From the NCBI GenBank assembly GCA_028687375.1, contig JAQUAG010000011.1:32922-56921 (forward strand): a DNA stretch of 24,000 bases, given 5' to 3'. Source of the DNA: Arcobacteraceae bacterium. GTDB taxonomy: Bacteria; Campylobacterota; Campylobacteria; Campylobacterales; Arcobacteraceae. Below are positions 1 to 8,465 of this stretch, piece by piece. How positions within the stretch are numbered: the first letter of the stretch is position 1; the number at the start of each line of letters is the position of its first letter. The translations under genes were made by a program, and so were the position numbers. The notes under the pieces are model-generated. The model was not told the origin of the DNA. It saw nothing but the letters and a program-made list of their open reading frames with translations, and searched no databases.

Positions 1-447
1 ATCAATTTAAATGATTTTTCTAAAGTTATCTTAGATAAACAATTACCAGCTGGAAAACTCTATCCACTTCTTACTCCTCAAGGTTTTAGTGCTGGAATTG
101 TACGGGTCTACAATAACTTAACAATTGGTTATTTAAATACAAATGAAAAATCAAACTATGCTGTATTTATTGGCGATACAAATGCTCCTGGTATCACCTC
201 TGGAGCTGATGAAAATGGATACATTCTTATTCAACACATCCCAAAATGGTATGGAATTAAAGTAAATGACGAAGTTGTCACAAGTGGAATGGATGAGATA
301 TTCCCTTATGGGGTAAAAGTCGGTAGAGTAGTAGGTACTAAAGATCTACTAAATACAAAAATGGCAATCGTAAAACCTTACGCTTTTGTTACTTCAAAAA
401 GATATTTCTATATTATAACTAAAACTACAAATGTAAATGAAATGTAA
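1..447 (+). CDS. mreC: Rod shape-determining protein MreC, C-terminal part (gene starts before the window)
   Basis: Frame 1 is open from base 1 to TAA at 445-447. The translation ...GKLYPLLTPQGFSAGIVRVYNNLTIGYLNTNEKSNYAVFIGDTNAPGITSG...IPKWYGIKVNDEVVTSGMDEIFPYGVKVGRV... matches the MreC beta-barrel region. Confidence 0.8.
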   Translation: MNLNDFSKVILDKQLPAGKLYPLLTPQGFSAGIVRVYNNLTIGYLNTNEKSNYAVFIGDTNAPGITSGADENGYILIQHIPKWYGIKVNDEVVTSGMDEIFPYGVKVGRVVGTKDLLNTKMAIVKPYAFVTSKRYFYIITKTTNVNEM

Positions 448-495
448 CTTTTATGTTCATTTTGGTAAGATAAAAAATCAAAAAAAGGACACACT

Positions 496-1026
496 ATGTT
501 TAAAAAAATTATACTTTCTATCTCATTATTTTCTACTCTGATGTTTGGTAGTCAAATAGCTGTATTTGAAACAACAAGTGGAACTATAGAACTAGAATTA
601 AGAGAAGAAATAGCGCCAAAAACAGTTGATAATTTTGTAAAGCTAATCAATAAAGGGTATTACAATGGAATTATTTTTCATAGAGTAATTAAACACTTTA
701 TGATACAAACAGGTGATCCAACAGGAACTGGTGCTGGAGGAGAGTCTATTTGGGGAAAAGACTTTGAAGATGAACTCAATCCAAAAGCGATGTTTAGTAG
801 AGTTGGGGTACTTGCTATGGCAAATAGAGGTCCAAATACAAATGGAAGTCAATTTTTTATCACAACAAGCCAAACACCTTGGCTGAATGGAAAACACACA
901 ATTTTTGGATATGTAGCAAATAAAGAGAGTTACAATGTTGTACAAAAGATTGAAAATCTAGAAACAACTTATGGAGATAGACCAAAAGTTGAGCAAAAGA
1001 TCATCAAAGCTTATATGAAAAAATAA
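496..1026 (+). CDS. Peptidyl-prolyl cis-trans isomerase, cyclophilin type, with N-terminal signal peptide
   Basis: FxTTxGTIELELREEIAPKTVDNFVKL...FHRVIKHFMIQTGDPTGTGAGGESIWG...LAMANRGPNTNGSQFFITT are cyclophilin motifs. The hydrophobic N-terminus is MFKKIILSISLFSTLMFGSQ. AAAAAAGGA lies upstream. Confidence 0.95.
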   Translation: MFKKIILSISLFSTLMFGSQIAVFETTSGTIELELREEIAPKTVDNFVKLINKGYYNGIIFHRVIKHFMIQTGDPTGTGAGGESIWGKDFEDELNPKAMFSRVGVLAMANRGPNTNGSQFFITTSQTPWLNGKHTIFGYVANKESYNVVQKIENLETTYGDRPKVEQKIIKAYMKK

Positions 1027-1029
1027 TCT

Positions 1030-2964
1030 ATGATACAATCACTTTTTGGAAGATTTATCGTTACCCCAGAGCTCTTTGTAAAAGAGTTATTTAAAAAGGT
1101 AATTGATGAAGTAGCTTTAGAAAATATACTATCATCCAAAAAATTCTCTATAAATCATCAAAATGAAAATGGGGAAACTTTTCTCCATTTATGTATTTTA
1201 CATAGCAAATTCAAATCTGCAAAATGGCTTATCGAAAAAGGGAATATAGATGTCACTATCAAAGATTATTTAGGGCAAGAACCTATTGTAATCGCTATTA
1301 AAAAAAACAATCACTTAATTGTTGAACTCATTTTAAAAGCAAAACAAATAGATATCAATCAAGTAGATATTGATGGTCGATCTTTACTTCAAAATGCCGT
1401 ACTATCTGGTAATGAAGAGATAGCTAATGAGCTTATTCATAATTTTATCGATGTCAATATTGTAGATAAGAATAACAGAAATGTAATGTTTGATGCAATT
1501 GCATATGGAAGTGACCAAATCATCAATAAACTTCTTACTACAGATATTAATCTTAATCAACAAGATAAAGATGGTGAAACTATTTTACACAAACAAGAAA
1601 CTTTACAAAATGAAGAGCTATGTGTAAAACTTCTAGAAAAAGGGGCAAATCCTACTATTTGTGATAAAGAAGGGAAAAACTTCCTTTTTCATATCGCTAC
1701 AAGGGGGATAGAAGGGGGAAGACTACTTGATATTGCAATCCAACATGGTTCTAATATCAATGCAAAGGTGAGAAATAATAATACTATTTTGATGGAGACA
1801 ATGCTTGCTTTCTATAATATTCCTCTTCATGAAAAAGAGAGACGACTTTCCCTTTTAAAAATGGCAGAAAATCTTGTCCTTAAAGGGATTGATATCAATG
1901 CAATCAATAATGATGGAGAAAGTGGACTTTTTGATGCAATACGAAATAATGATTATAATATTTGTGCTTTCTTTATTAATAAAAGGGTAAATCTCAATAT
2001 ACAAAATAAAAATTATCAAACACCAATGTTATTAGCTGTATTAAGTGGAATTAAAAGTATTGATATCATTTTACTTCTTTTAAAAAATGGTGCAAATCCC
2101 TCTATTAAAAATGATGATGGGAAAGATCTCTTAGAAATCTTAAATGAACTTATTTTATACACCCATGAATTTAGAGAACTTGAAGATAAATCTCTTGAAA
2201 TGTATGCAAAAAAAGAGAATCAATTTTTTGTAGTGTTAAAAGAGATTTTGAAAAATTCAAATTATAATCTTCAAAATCTAAATTCAAAAGGGCAGCCACT
2301 TTTTTTTGCCCCTATGTTAGATGGCTATTATGACCTTTTTAAACTCTATATTACGAATAAATTTGATATCAATGCCTTAGATAGCAATAACTTAAATATT
2401 TTTTATTTGTATGTATATGCTGTTTTTAGCCTTAACACTTTTTTTGATGCTTTTAGACCTAATCTAATAGGGATGCTTGGATATGGTGCTGATATCAATC
2501 TTGTAGATGCTGAGGGACGTACTGTTATCTCTAAAATTATGAAACATAATACAAATGCAAAACTTTTTGAGATACTCATTGAAGTTGCAAGATTTAAATA
2601 TGAAGCAAGAGATAAACAAGGGAGAACACTTTGTCATCATGCTGTTTTAAATAAGAATTTAGAGATTGTTAAAATGATTTACGTAAAAAATCATGATGTT
2701 TTAAATATCTCCGATGGATATGGAATTCTCCCTATCACTTATGCTGCACTCCTTGGTTCTTTTGATATTGTAGAAGAACTTTTAAGATATGGAACTATTT
2801 ATATCAAATCAAATAAATCAATTCCAGTAGCTGTTCGTATCAAATTTGCAACTATGGTAAAAAATATTGATACACTTAAAACAAAAACAACAGATAAAGA
2901 CCTCTTACGAAAAGTAGGTATTTTAACAGATCAAATCAAAAGTGATTTTAAGGTGACAGAATGA
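1030..2964 (+). CDS. Ankyrin repeat-containing protein
   Basis: 644 aa with many ankyrin-like units (DGRSLLQNAVLSGNEEIANELI; DRNNVMFDAIAYGS-like; GRTLCHHAVLNKNLEIVKMI; GYGILPITYAALLGSFDIVEELLRYG). Starts 3 nt after the ppi stop codon. Confidence 0.9.
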   Translation: MIQSLFGRFIVTPELFVKELFKKVIDEVALENILSSKKFSINHQNENGETFLHLCILHSKFKSAKWLIEKGNIDVTIKDYLGQEPIVIAIKKNNHLIVELILKAKQIDINQVDIDGRSLLQNAVLSGNEEIANELIHNFIDVNIVDKNNRNVMFDAIAYGSDQIINKLLTTDINLNQQDKDGETILHKQETLQNEELCVKLLEKGANPTICDKEGKNFLFHIATRGIEGGRLLDIAIQHGSNINAKVRNNNTILMETMLAFYNIPLHEKERRLSLLKMAENLVLKGIDINAINNDGESGLFDAIRNNDYNICAFFINKRVNLNIQNKNYQTPMLLAVLSGIKSIDIILLLLKNGANPSIKNDDGKDLLEILNELILYTHEFRELEDKSLEMYAKKENQFFVVLKEILKNSNYNLQNLNSKGQPLFFAPMLDGYYDLFKLYITNKFDINALDSNNLNIFYLYVYAVFSLNTFFDAFRPNLIGMLGYGADINLVDAEGRTVISKIMKHNTNAKLFEILIEVARFKYEARDKQGRTLCHHAVLNKNLEIVKMIYVKNHDVLNISDGYGILPITYAALLGSFDIVEELLRYGTIYIKSNKSIPVAVRIKFATMVKNIDTLKTKTTDKDLLRKVGILTDQIKSDFKVTE

Positions 2965-3161
2965 AAATTATTATAAATGGACAAGAAAAAGATTTTGCTT
3001 TAGGGATAACTCTTAAAGAGGTAATCCAAGCACTTCAAGTTGAAGAAAAAGTGATGGCTAGTGCTGTTAATATGGATATAGTAAAAAAAGAAAACTGGGA
3101 AACTTATGTTTTAGAAGAAAATGATAAACTCGAACTTTTAGAATTTGTTGGAGGGGGATGA
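2961..3161 (+). CDS. thiS: Sulfur carrier protein ThiS
   Basis: 66 aa, starting MKIIINGQEKDF and ending LLEFVGGG (ThiS C-terminal GG). ATGA overlap with the upstream ankyrin gene. Confidence 0.88.
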   Translation: MKIIINGQEKDFALGITLKEVIQALQVEEKVMASAVNMDIVKKENWETYVLEENDKLELLEFVGGG

Positions 3162-3178
3162 AGAAAATTAAGAGCTAA

Positions 3179-3202
3179 AAAATAAGAATTACTACTTATT
3201 TT
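3179..3202. terminator. Possible bidirectional terminator between convergent thiS and the lipoprotein gene
   Basis: Perfect 8-bp inverted repeat AAAATAAG(3179-3186)...CTTATTTT(3195-3202) with an A run on one side and T run on the other. The stem has almost no G/C. Confidence 0.35.
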
Positions 3203-3609
3203 GTTGCATTATTTTCAATTTTCTCCTCTTTGTCATAAATAACTTTAATTAGAATACTTTTTTCTTTATCTTTAAAATAGATATCCTCTTTGGTAAAAAG
3301 ATTGTATAAAAAATCTCTCTCATACGATTTATCCAAGAATCGTTCATTAAAACTATTTGCATCAAAACACAAAATAAAGTTTTTACAGATTTTATCTTGG
3401 TATATAGTCATATCAGTAACAACAACTCCTACATCTAAAATCGTTAATTTTACATTGTCTTCATATCTTTCAATAAAACATTTATCGTGATATTTGATAG
3501 TTGGGGTTTTAAATACTATAGTTGCACTTCTTGTCAAAAAAGGTTGTTTATATCCACAACCTGTAAAAATAACTATTGATAAAAAGAGAACTATAAATTT
3601 GTGCAACAT
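3196..3609 (-). CDS. Small conserved lipoprotein of unknown function
   Basis: 137 aa; MLHKFIVLFLSIVIFTGCG is a signal peptide with lipobox (FTGC). ATG overlaps the stop of the upstream gene (TAATG). Confidence 0.7.
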   Translation of the reverse strand: MLHKFIVLFLSIVIFTGCGYKQPFLTRSATIVFKTPTIKYHDKCFIERYEDNVKLTILDVGVVVTDMTIYQDKICKNFILCFDANSFNERFLDKSYERDFLYNLFTKEDIYFKDKEKSILIKVIYDKEEKIENNATK

Positions 3610-4784
3610 TATGTTAGAGAAGATGTTTGATACAAATTCATCAAATTTTCATAAAAATCAGTTGTTTCAAAATCATCTAATAATCCACTATTTAGTGATA
3701 ATTGTTGATGAATCTTTGCTAATTTTTCAGTTCGTTGAGGGAATAAATCACTTAAAATAATTGAGCTAATCTCTTTTCTAACCAAAATAGCTGGTGGGAT
3801 AATCCCTAAATAGAATAACTCCATAATAGACTCACTATGATAGTGAATATGATGATGACTCCCATGAGGACAAGCATTTGTACTTACAAGGGTACTACAC
3901 TTATCACAATAAACAAAATTACTCATAATCTCTATATCAATATCTATCCCCATAATAGTATCAGCAATTGAGCTAAAACATTTATCTTGATAAAAAGCCC
4001 CTATCCCTGCTTTCTCTTTTCCTAATATTAATTGTGTACATCCATAATTATGTGCAACTATTGCATTTAAAATTATCTCATTAAATCCACCAAAAATATA
4101 TGTATTTTCTAAAGGTATCAAAATAACTTTATCTTTTGGCAAGAAATTATCACAAAAATATTTCACGACGTTGTATCTTGTTTTATAACTTAGCTCATCA
4201 TCTGTGTATGGTTTTAAAAGAAAAATAACTATTAAATCATTTTTAACAAGTGCAGTTCGTATAAGTCTTTCGTGGATTCTATGAAATGGTTTTCCTGAAA
4301 GCATAATTGCTGAGATAGATTTTGCTTCAAGATTATTAATAGCCTTGTTAAGTTCTATTTTATGTTCTTTAATATCATCAAATAAAACATCAAATTCACC
4401 ACAAATAGCATAATTCCCAAGTCTTTTGTATGTATTTACAACTCCTGGATGAAGTGGATTATTTGTACCATAAATAAGTTTTACCCTTTCATCTTTATCA
4501 ATTTTAAAAACTTCATCACATATCAAATGACCACAAATTGTATCATCACAAACAAGTGTAAGTTTTTCCCCTTTTTGTAAATTTTTTAAGATAATTTCAT
4601 TCTTTTTACCACTTGGTGCTAATACAAAAGAGAAAGGAAAAGTTGTCCCTTTATACATTTTTGTTTGATTGACCTCTAAAGATTCTTTTTCATTCATCAG
4701 TTTATCAACTGGCTTCAAAAGCCCCTCTTTTAAAAGACTAAGCGTTGCTAGTGCTTCTTGATCGATATATAATTTCTTTGTCAT
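3609..4784 (-). CDS. ATP-sulfurylase (sulfate adenylyltransferase)-like protein; substrate uncertain
   Basis: 391 aa. Sat-family landmarks: ...MLSGKPFHRIHERLIRTAL..., LILGKEKAGIGAFY, and YCDKCSTLVSTNACPHG...SESIMELFYLGIIPPAILVRKEIS. Several canonical substrate residues are changed (see findings). Confidence 0.75.
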   Translation of the reverse strand: MTKKLYIDQEALATLSLLKEGLLKPVDKLMNEKESLEVNQTKMYKGTTFPFSFVLAPSGKKNEIILKNLQKGEKLTLVCDDTICGHLICDEVFKIDKDERVKLIYGTNNPLHPGVVNTYKRLGNYAICGEFDVLFDDIKEHKIELNKAINNLEAKSISAIMLSGKPFHRIHERLIRTALVKNDLIVIFLLKPYTDDELSYKTRYNVVKYFCDNFLPKDKVILIPLENTYIFGGFNEIILNAIVAHNYGCTQLILGKEKAGIGAFYQDKCFSSIADTIMGIDIDIEIMSNFVYCDKCSTLVSTNACPHGSHHHIHYHSESIMELFYLGIIPPAILVRKEISSIILSDLFPQRTEKLAKIHQQLSLNSGLLDDFETTDFYENLMNLYQTSSLT

Positions 4785-4827
4785 AAAATCCCTTGTATTA
4801 GAATCTCTCTATTTATTTTTTGTTTGT

Positions 4828-4833
4828 TATAAT
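4828..4833 (+). promoter_or_regulatory. Candidate -10 element (TATAAT) upstream of queH
   Basis: TATAAT in an AT-rich divergent intergenic region, 26 nt upstream of the queH start, which has AAAGGG (4848-4853) as SD. No clear -35. Confidence 0.4.
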
Positions 4834-4858
4834 ATCTAATAATTTATAAAGGGTTAAT

Positions 4859-5938
4859 TTGTTAGTTCATATTTGTTGCAGTGTAGATAGTCACTATTTT
4901 TTAGAAAAATTACGAGAAGATTTTCCAAATGAAAAATTAATTGGGTTTTTTTATGACCCAAATATCCATCCATATAGTGAATACAAACTACGTTTTTTAG
5001 ATGTAAAATATAGTTGTGAGCTTTTAGGCATTGAACTTATTGAAGGACCTTATGATGTAGAAGCTTGGTTAGAGCTTGTCAAAGGTCTTGAAAATGAGCC
5101 TGAAAAAGGAGATCGCTGCACAGTTTGTTTTGATACTAGACTTGAAGTAAGTGGAAAAAAAGCTATAGAGTTAGGTTGTAAAAGTTTCACAACTTCACTT
5201 TTAATAAGTCCTAAAAAATCTCAAGAAAAAATTGAAATCATTGGTCAAAAACTTGCTATTAAATATGATTTAAAATTTATTTTTAAAGATTACAGAGTTG
5301 GCAATGGAATGGAACTTCAAGGAAAAGCTGTCAAAGAAAATCAACTTTATAGACAAAATTATTGTGGTTGTCTTTTTGGAATAACTGCTCAAAGAATCCA
5401 ACAAGAAAAACTTTTAGATGAAATGATAAGCCCTATAAATAACCAAATTTTACCAGAATCTATTGAAGAAAGAATAGCTTTATATGAGCTAAGAAGTCAA
5501 CTTTCAAAAGAGAATAAAGAGTTTAAGATTATTAAACAACGGTTTTTGAACTATCGACTTTTAAATGGTTTCGTGACGATAAATAAAAAAGTTATCCCCT
5601 CTTATTTTCTCCCATATTCCACTTTAAAAAATAAAAAAACAGCAGGAATTATAGAATATACAATTGAAAATATTTCATATCTTAACAGAGATGAAGTGAA
5701 AGTTATCTCTTTAAGTAGTTTTAATATCCTTGCAAATCAGAATTTTAAAACTATTTATGAACTTATGTACCATAAACTTTCTTTTGAAGAAGAACTAAAA
5801 ATAAGAGAAAAGATTCTCAACAATCCTTTTGATCTTTCTTGTGTTATTATCTTAGAAAATACTCCAACATCAAAAATTGAGATATCTCTTGATAGTATGG
5901 TTTTTGATGATATAAAAGAGAAAATTATCGATTTGTAA
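4859..5938 (+). CDS. queH: Epoxyqueuosine reductase QueH with C-terminal extension
   Basis: MLVHICCSVDSHYF, GDRCTVCFDTRLE and QNYCGCLFG are the Cys motifs of the QueH/DUF208 family. TTG start with AAAGGG upstream. Confidence 0.85.
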   Translation: MLVHICCSVDSHYFLEKLREDFPNEKLIGFFYDPNIHPYSEYKLRFLDVKYSCELLGIELIEGPYDVEAWLELVKGLENEPEKGDRCTVCFDTRLEVSGKKAIELGCKSFTTSLLISPKKSQEKIEIIGQKLAIKYDLKFIFKDYRVGNGMELQGKAVKENQLYRQNYCGCLFGITAQRIQQEKLLDEMISPINNQILPESIEERIALYELRSQLSKENKEFKIIKQRFLNYRLLNGFVTINKKVIPSYFLPYSTLKNKKTAGIIEYTIENISYLNRDEVKVISLSSFNILANQNFKTIYELMYHKLSFEEELKIREKILNNPFDLSCVIILENTPTSKIEISLDSMVFDDIKEKIIDL

Positions 5939-5976
5939 TCATTCTAAGATATAATGAAAACTCTCAAGGAGTAACA

Positions 5977-6783
5977 ATGCAAACAAAAATACTATTTGTC
6001 TCAGTAGAAATTCCAATTATTATCAATCAACAAGATTTAGAAAAAGAGTTTCCTGGACTAATCCTAACAAAAATAGAAAATTCACTTGTTGGTGAAATTA
6101 CAAATGATAAGTTCATTTTTACAACCTCATTTGGTGTTATCACTTTTTGTAACTTTAACCACGATGAGATAAAATCATTTCTCCATAGATTAAAAATAAA
6201 AGAGGCAAACCACTATGAAACTGCCCTAATTAATCAAGATTATCCCATGATTGTTGATAATGCTTTTGAGAAACCTTTTATAGATTCACAAGTGATTAAA
6301 TACAATAAGTTCAATAAATCGATAGCTTCAATTATCTCTTTAGTTCTTTCACAAAGTGTTGGACTTGAAATTAGAGAAAAATCACTTGAAAAAAAACTTC
6401 AAGATAGTAAAAAGTTATATGAAAAAATTGAACGAATAAAAGCAAAAGATAGAGAAAACTTAATGATTTTTGCAAGTAGCATTGCAAAAGAGAGATTTGA
6501 AATATTAAGTCAACTCTATTTACTCGATAAGCCAGATATATTATGGGATGATTTTCAATTAGAATCACTCTACAATCAATTAGCATTACAACTAGAGCTA
6601 AAACCTAGATTTGATGTTGTGGAATATAAAATATCATTTTTAAAAGAATCTGTTGAGTTTATAACAGATAGAGTCAATCAAAAATCAAGTGAATTTTTAG
6701 AGTGGATTATTATTTGGTTAATTGTAATAGAGATACTATTTTCTACTTATGGATATATAATCAAACCACTTTTGGGAAATTAA
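5977..6783 (+). CDS. RMD1/YagE (DUF155) family protein with C-terminal transmembrane segment
   Basis: 268 aa; ...HYETALINQDYPMIVDNAFEKPFIDSQVIKYNKFNKSIASIISLVLSQSVGLE... and C-terminal LEWIIIWLIVIEILFSTYGYI, as in RMD1-like proteins. Confidence 0.7.
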   Translation: MQTKILFVSVEIPIIINQQDLEKEFPGLILTKIENSLVGEITNDKFIFTTSFGVITFCNFNHDEIKSFLHRLKIKEANHYETALINQDYPMIVDNAFEKPFIDSQVIKYNKFNKSIASIISLVLSQSVGLEIREKSLEKKLQDSKKLYEKIERIKAKDRENLMIFASSIAKERFEILSQLYLLDKPDILWDDFQLESLYNQLALQLELKPRFDVVEYKISFLKESVEFITDRVNQKSSEFLEWIIIWLIVIEILFSTYGYIIKPLLGN

Positions 6784-6795
6784 AATATTATTAAT

Positions 6796-6823
6796 AAAAA
6801 GGATTAAGACATAATCCCTTTTA
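6796..6823. terminator. Possible terminator between convergent DUF155 gene and pit gene
   Basis: AAAAAGGATTA-agaca-TAATCCCTTTT: 6-bp GGATTA/TAATCC stem flanked by A and T runs, at the convergent boundary. It covers the pit stop codon. Confidence 0.4.
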
Positions 6824-8384
6824 TCATAAAAAACATAGCAGCAGATAAACCTGCAGCTACTGGAACAGTTATAAGCCAAGCAGCTATAATCTTTTTCACT
6901 GCATCCCTTTTTACATATTTAATACTTTTTGCCTCTTGAAAATTCTTTTTAGCAAGTGCTGATGCATCTATTTTCTCATCAATTAATTTATGAAGAGTCA
7001 CAATTCTTTGATAATTTCCCTTATTTTTGTCTTTTATTTGAATTAATTGTGCCAATTCTCTTTCATAATTTTCCAAATCTTTTTTATCTTTTTTAAATCT
7101 TTTTCTAGCCTTACTAATATAAACACTTTCACTGCTATCAAGATATTCTCTTAAAAATCCAACACCAAAAACACCACCAACAGCAATATGAGTAGAGCTT
7201 ACAGGGAGTCCTAGTTGCGAAGCAATGATAACTGTAATAGCAGCTGCCATTGCAATTGAAAACGCTCTAATTTGATCAAGTTCAGTTATCTCGCTTCCAA
7301 CAGTTTTAATAAGTCTAGGACCATATAAAGTAAGTCCTACAACAATTCCTATAGCCCCAACAGCCATTACCCACAATGGAATATCGACTTTAGATGCTAT
7401 CTCATTATTTGCTACTGCATCATAAATAGCGGCTAGTGGTCCAATTGCATTTGCAACATCATTCGCTCCATGTGCAAATGATAAAAGAGCTGCTGCAAAA
7501 ATGAGTGGAATATTAAACATCGTATTGATTGAATCTCGTCTATTCTGTAACTTTTCACTTGTTTTATTAATCATCCCAGAAACTAAAAAATATGTAATTG
7601 CAGCTATTACAATTCCAATTAAAGATGCTCCAATAAAATCAATTTTAATAAGATGTTTCATCCCTTTTAAAATAATATATGTACTAAAAGCCCACGCCAT
7701 AAAAGCAATCAGATAAGGAACTATAAGTTTAGCTGAACCAAGCATATCTTTCTTGTATACAATAGTTTTTTTAATGAAATAGAGAAAACCTGCTGCAATA
7801 ATTCCCCCTAAAACAGGTGAAATAACCCAAGACATAGCTATATTTCCCATAGTTCCCCATGATACAATTGAAAAACCAGCTGCAGCAATTCCAGCTCCCA
7901 TAACACCACCAACAATTGAGTGTGTTGTAGAAACAGGGGCACCTATAGATGTTGCTAAATTCAACCACACTGCAGCAGATAATAAAGCAGCAGTCATAGC
8001 CCAAACAAAGATTTGTGGATCAGCTATTAAATCGGGATTAATAATTCCATCTTTAATCGTTTTAACAACATCTCCACCTGCTATAAATGAACCCATCGCT
8101 TCAAAAATAGCTGCTAAAATAATAGCACCAGTCATCGTTAAAGCTTTTGAACCAACAGCAGGTCCAACATTATTAGCAACATCATTTGCACCAATATTCA
8201 TAGCCATATAAGCACCAAATACAGCACCTAAAATAAGAAATGTATTGTTTGGTATATTTAAATATGTAGCATAACTATACATAAAAACCAATGCTACGAA
8301 TAATAATGCTAATGAAAATTTAATATAACTAGACATAGATTTTGTAGTGGCTGTGTTTATTTTTTCTATCGTTTTGATATCCAT
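6804..8384 (-). CDS. Inorganic phosphate transporter, Pit family
   Basis: 526 aa polytopic protein with duplicated Pit signatures: GANDVANNVGPAVGSKALT and SFAHGANDVANAIGPLAAI; PVSTTHSIVGGVMG and PVSSTHIAVGGVFG. Confidence 0.93.
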   Translation of the reverse strand: MDIKTIEKINTATTKSMSSYIKFSLALLFVALVFMYSYATYLNIPNNTFLILGAVFGAYMAMNIGANDVANNVGPAVGSKALTMTGAIILAAIFEAMGSFIAGGDVVKTIKDGIINPDLIADPQIFVWAMTAALLSAAVWLNLATSIGAPVSTTHSIVGGVMGAGIAAAGFSIVSWGTMGNIAMSWVISPVLGGIIAAGFLYFIKKTIVYKKDMLGSAKLIVPYLIAFMAWAFSTYIILKGMKHLIKIDFIGASLIGIVIAAITYFLVSGMINKTSEKLQNRRDSINTMFNIPLIFAAALLSFAHGANDVANAIGPLAAIYDAVANNEIASKVDIPLWVMAVGAIGIVVGLTLYGPRLIKTVGSEITELDQIRAFSIAMAAAITVIIASQLGLPVSSTHIAVGGVFGVGFLREYLDSSESVYISKARKRFKKDKKDLENYERELAQLIQIKDKNKGNYQRIVTLHKLIDEKIDASALAKKNFQEAKSIKYVKRDAVKKIIAAWLITVPVAAGLSAAMFFMIKGIMS

Positions 8385-8427
8385 TTGTACCCTTTTTATA
8401 ATCGTTTTGTAACTTTTTTATTGTAAT

Positions 8428-8445
8428 AAAGTATTATTATACTTT
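8428..8445 (-). promoter_or_regulatory. Palindrome overlapping a candidate -10 box upstream of pit
   Basis: AAAGTAT-TATT-ATACTTT, 7-bp perfect arms. The reverse strand reads ...AAAGTATAATAATACTTT, containing TATAAT about 45 nt upstream of the pit ATG. Confidence 0.35.
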
Positions 8446-8465
8446 TAATTTCATTTAAGAATGCT

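Noticed and set aside
643-945. 100-aa minus-strand ORF opposite the cyclophilin gene
   Set aside because: Fully antisense to a clearly conserved gene; no recognisable motif.
1030-2964. Ankyrin protein as a possible anti-phage or secreted effector gene
   Set aside because: No defence or secretion genes nearby, and it sits within housekeeping genes with tight operon spacing. Nothing in the sequence supports an effector role.
3290-3760. Small + and - ORFs (3290-3490, 3494-3760) overlapping the lipoprotein and Sat-like genes
   Set aside because: They overlap better-supported, translationally coupled genes and have no family features.
7501-8004. ORFs 7501-7716 (+) and 7771-8004 (-) inside the pit gene
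   Set aside because: Alternative frames of a clear Pit transporter. The Cys/Phe-rich translation of 7771-8004 is a typical out-of-frame product of membrane protein DNA.
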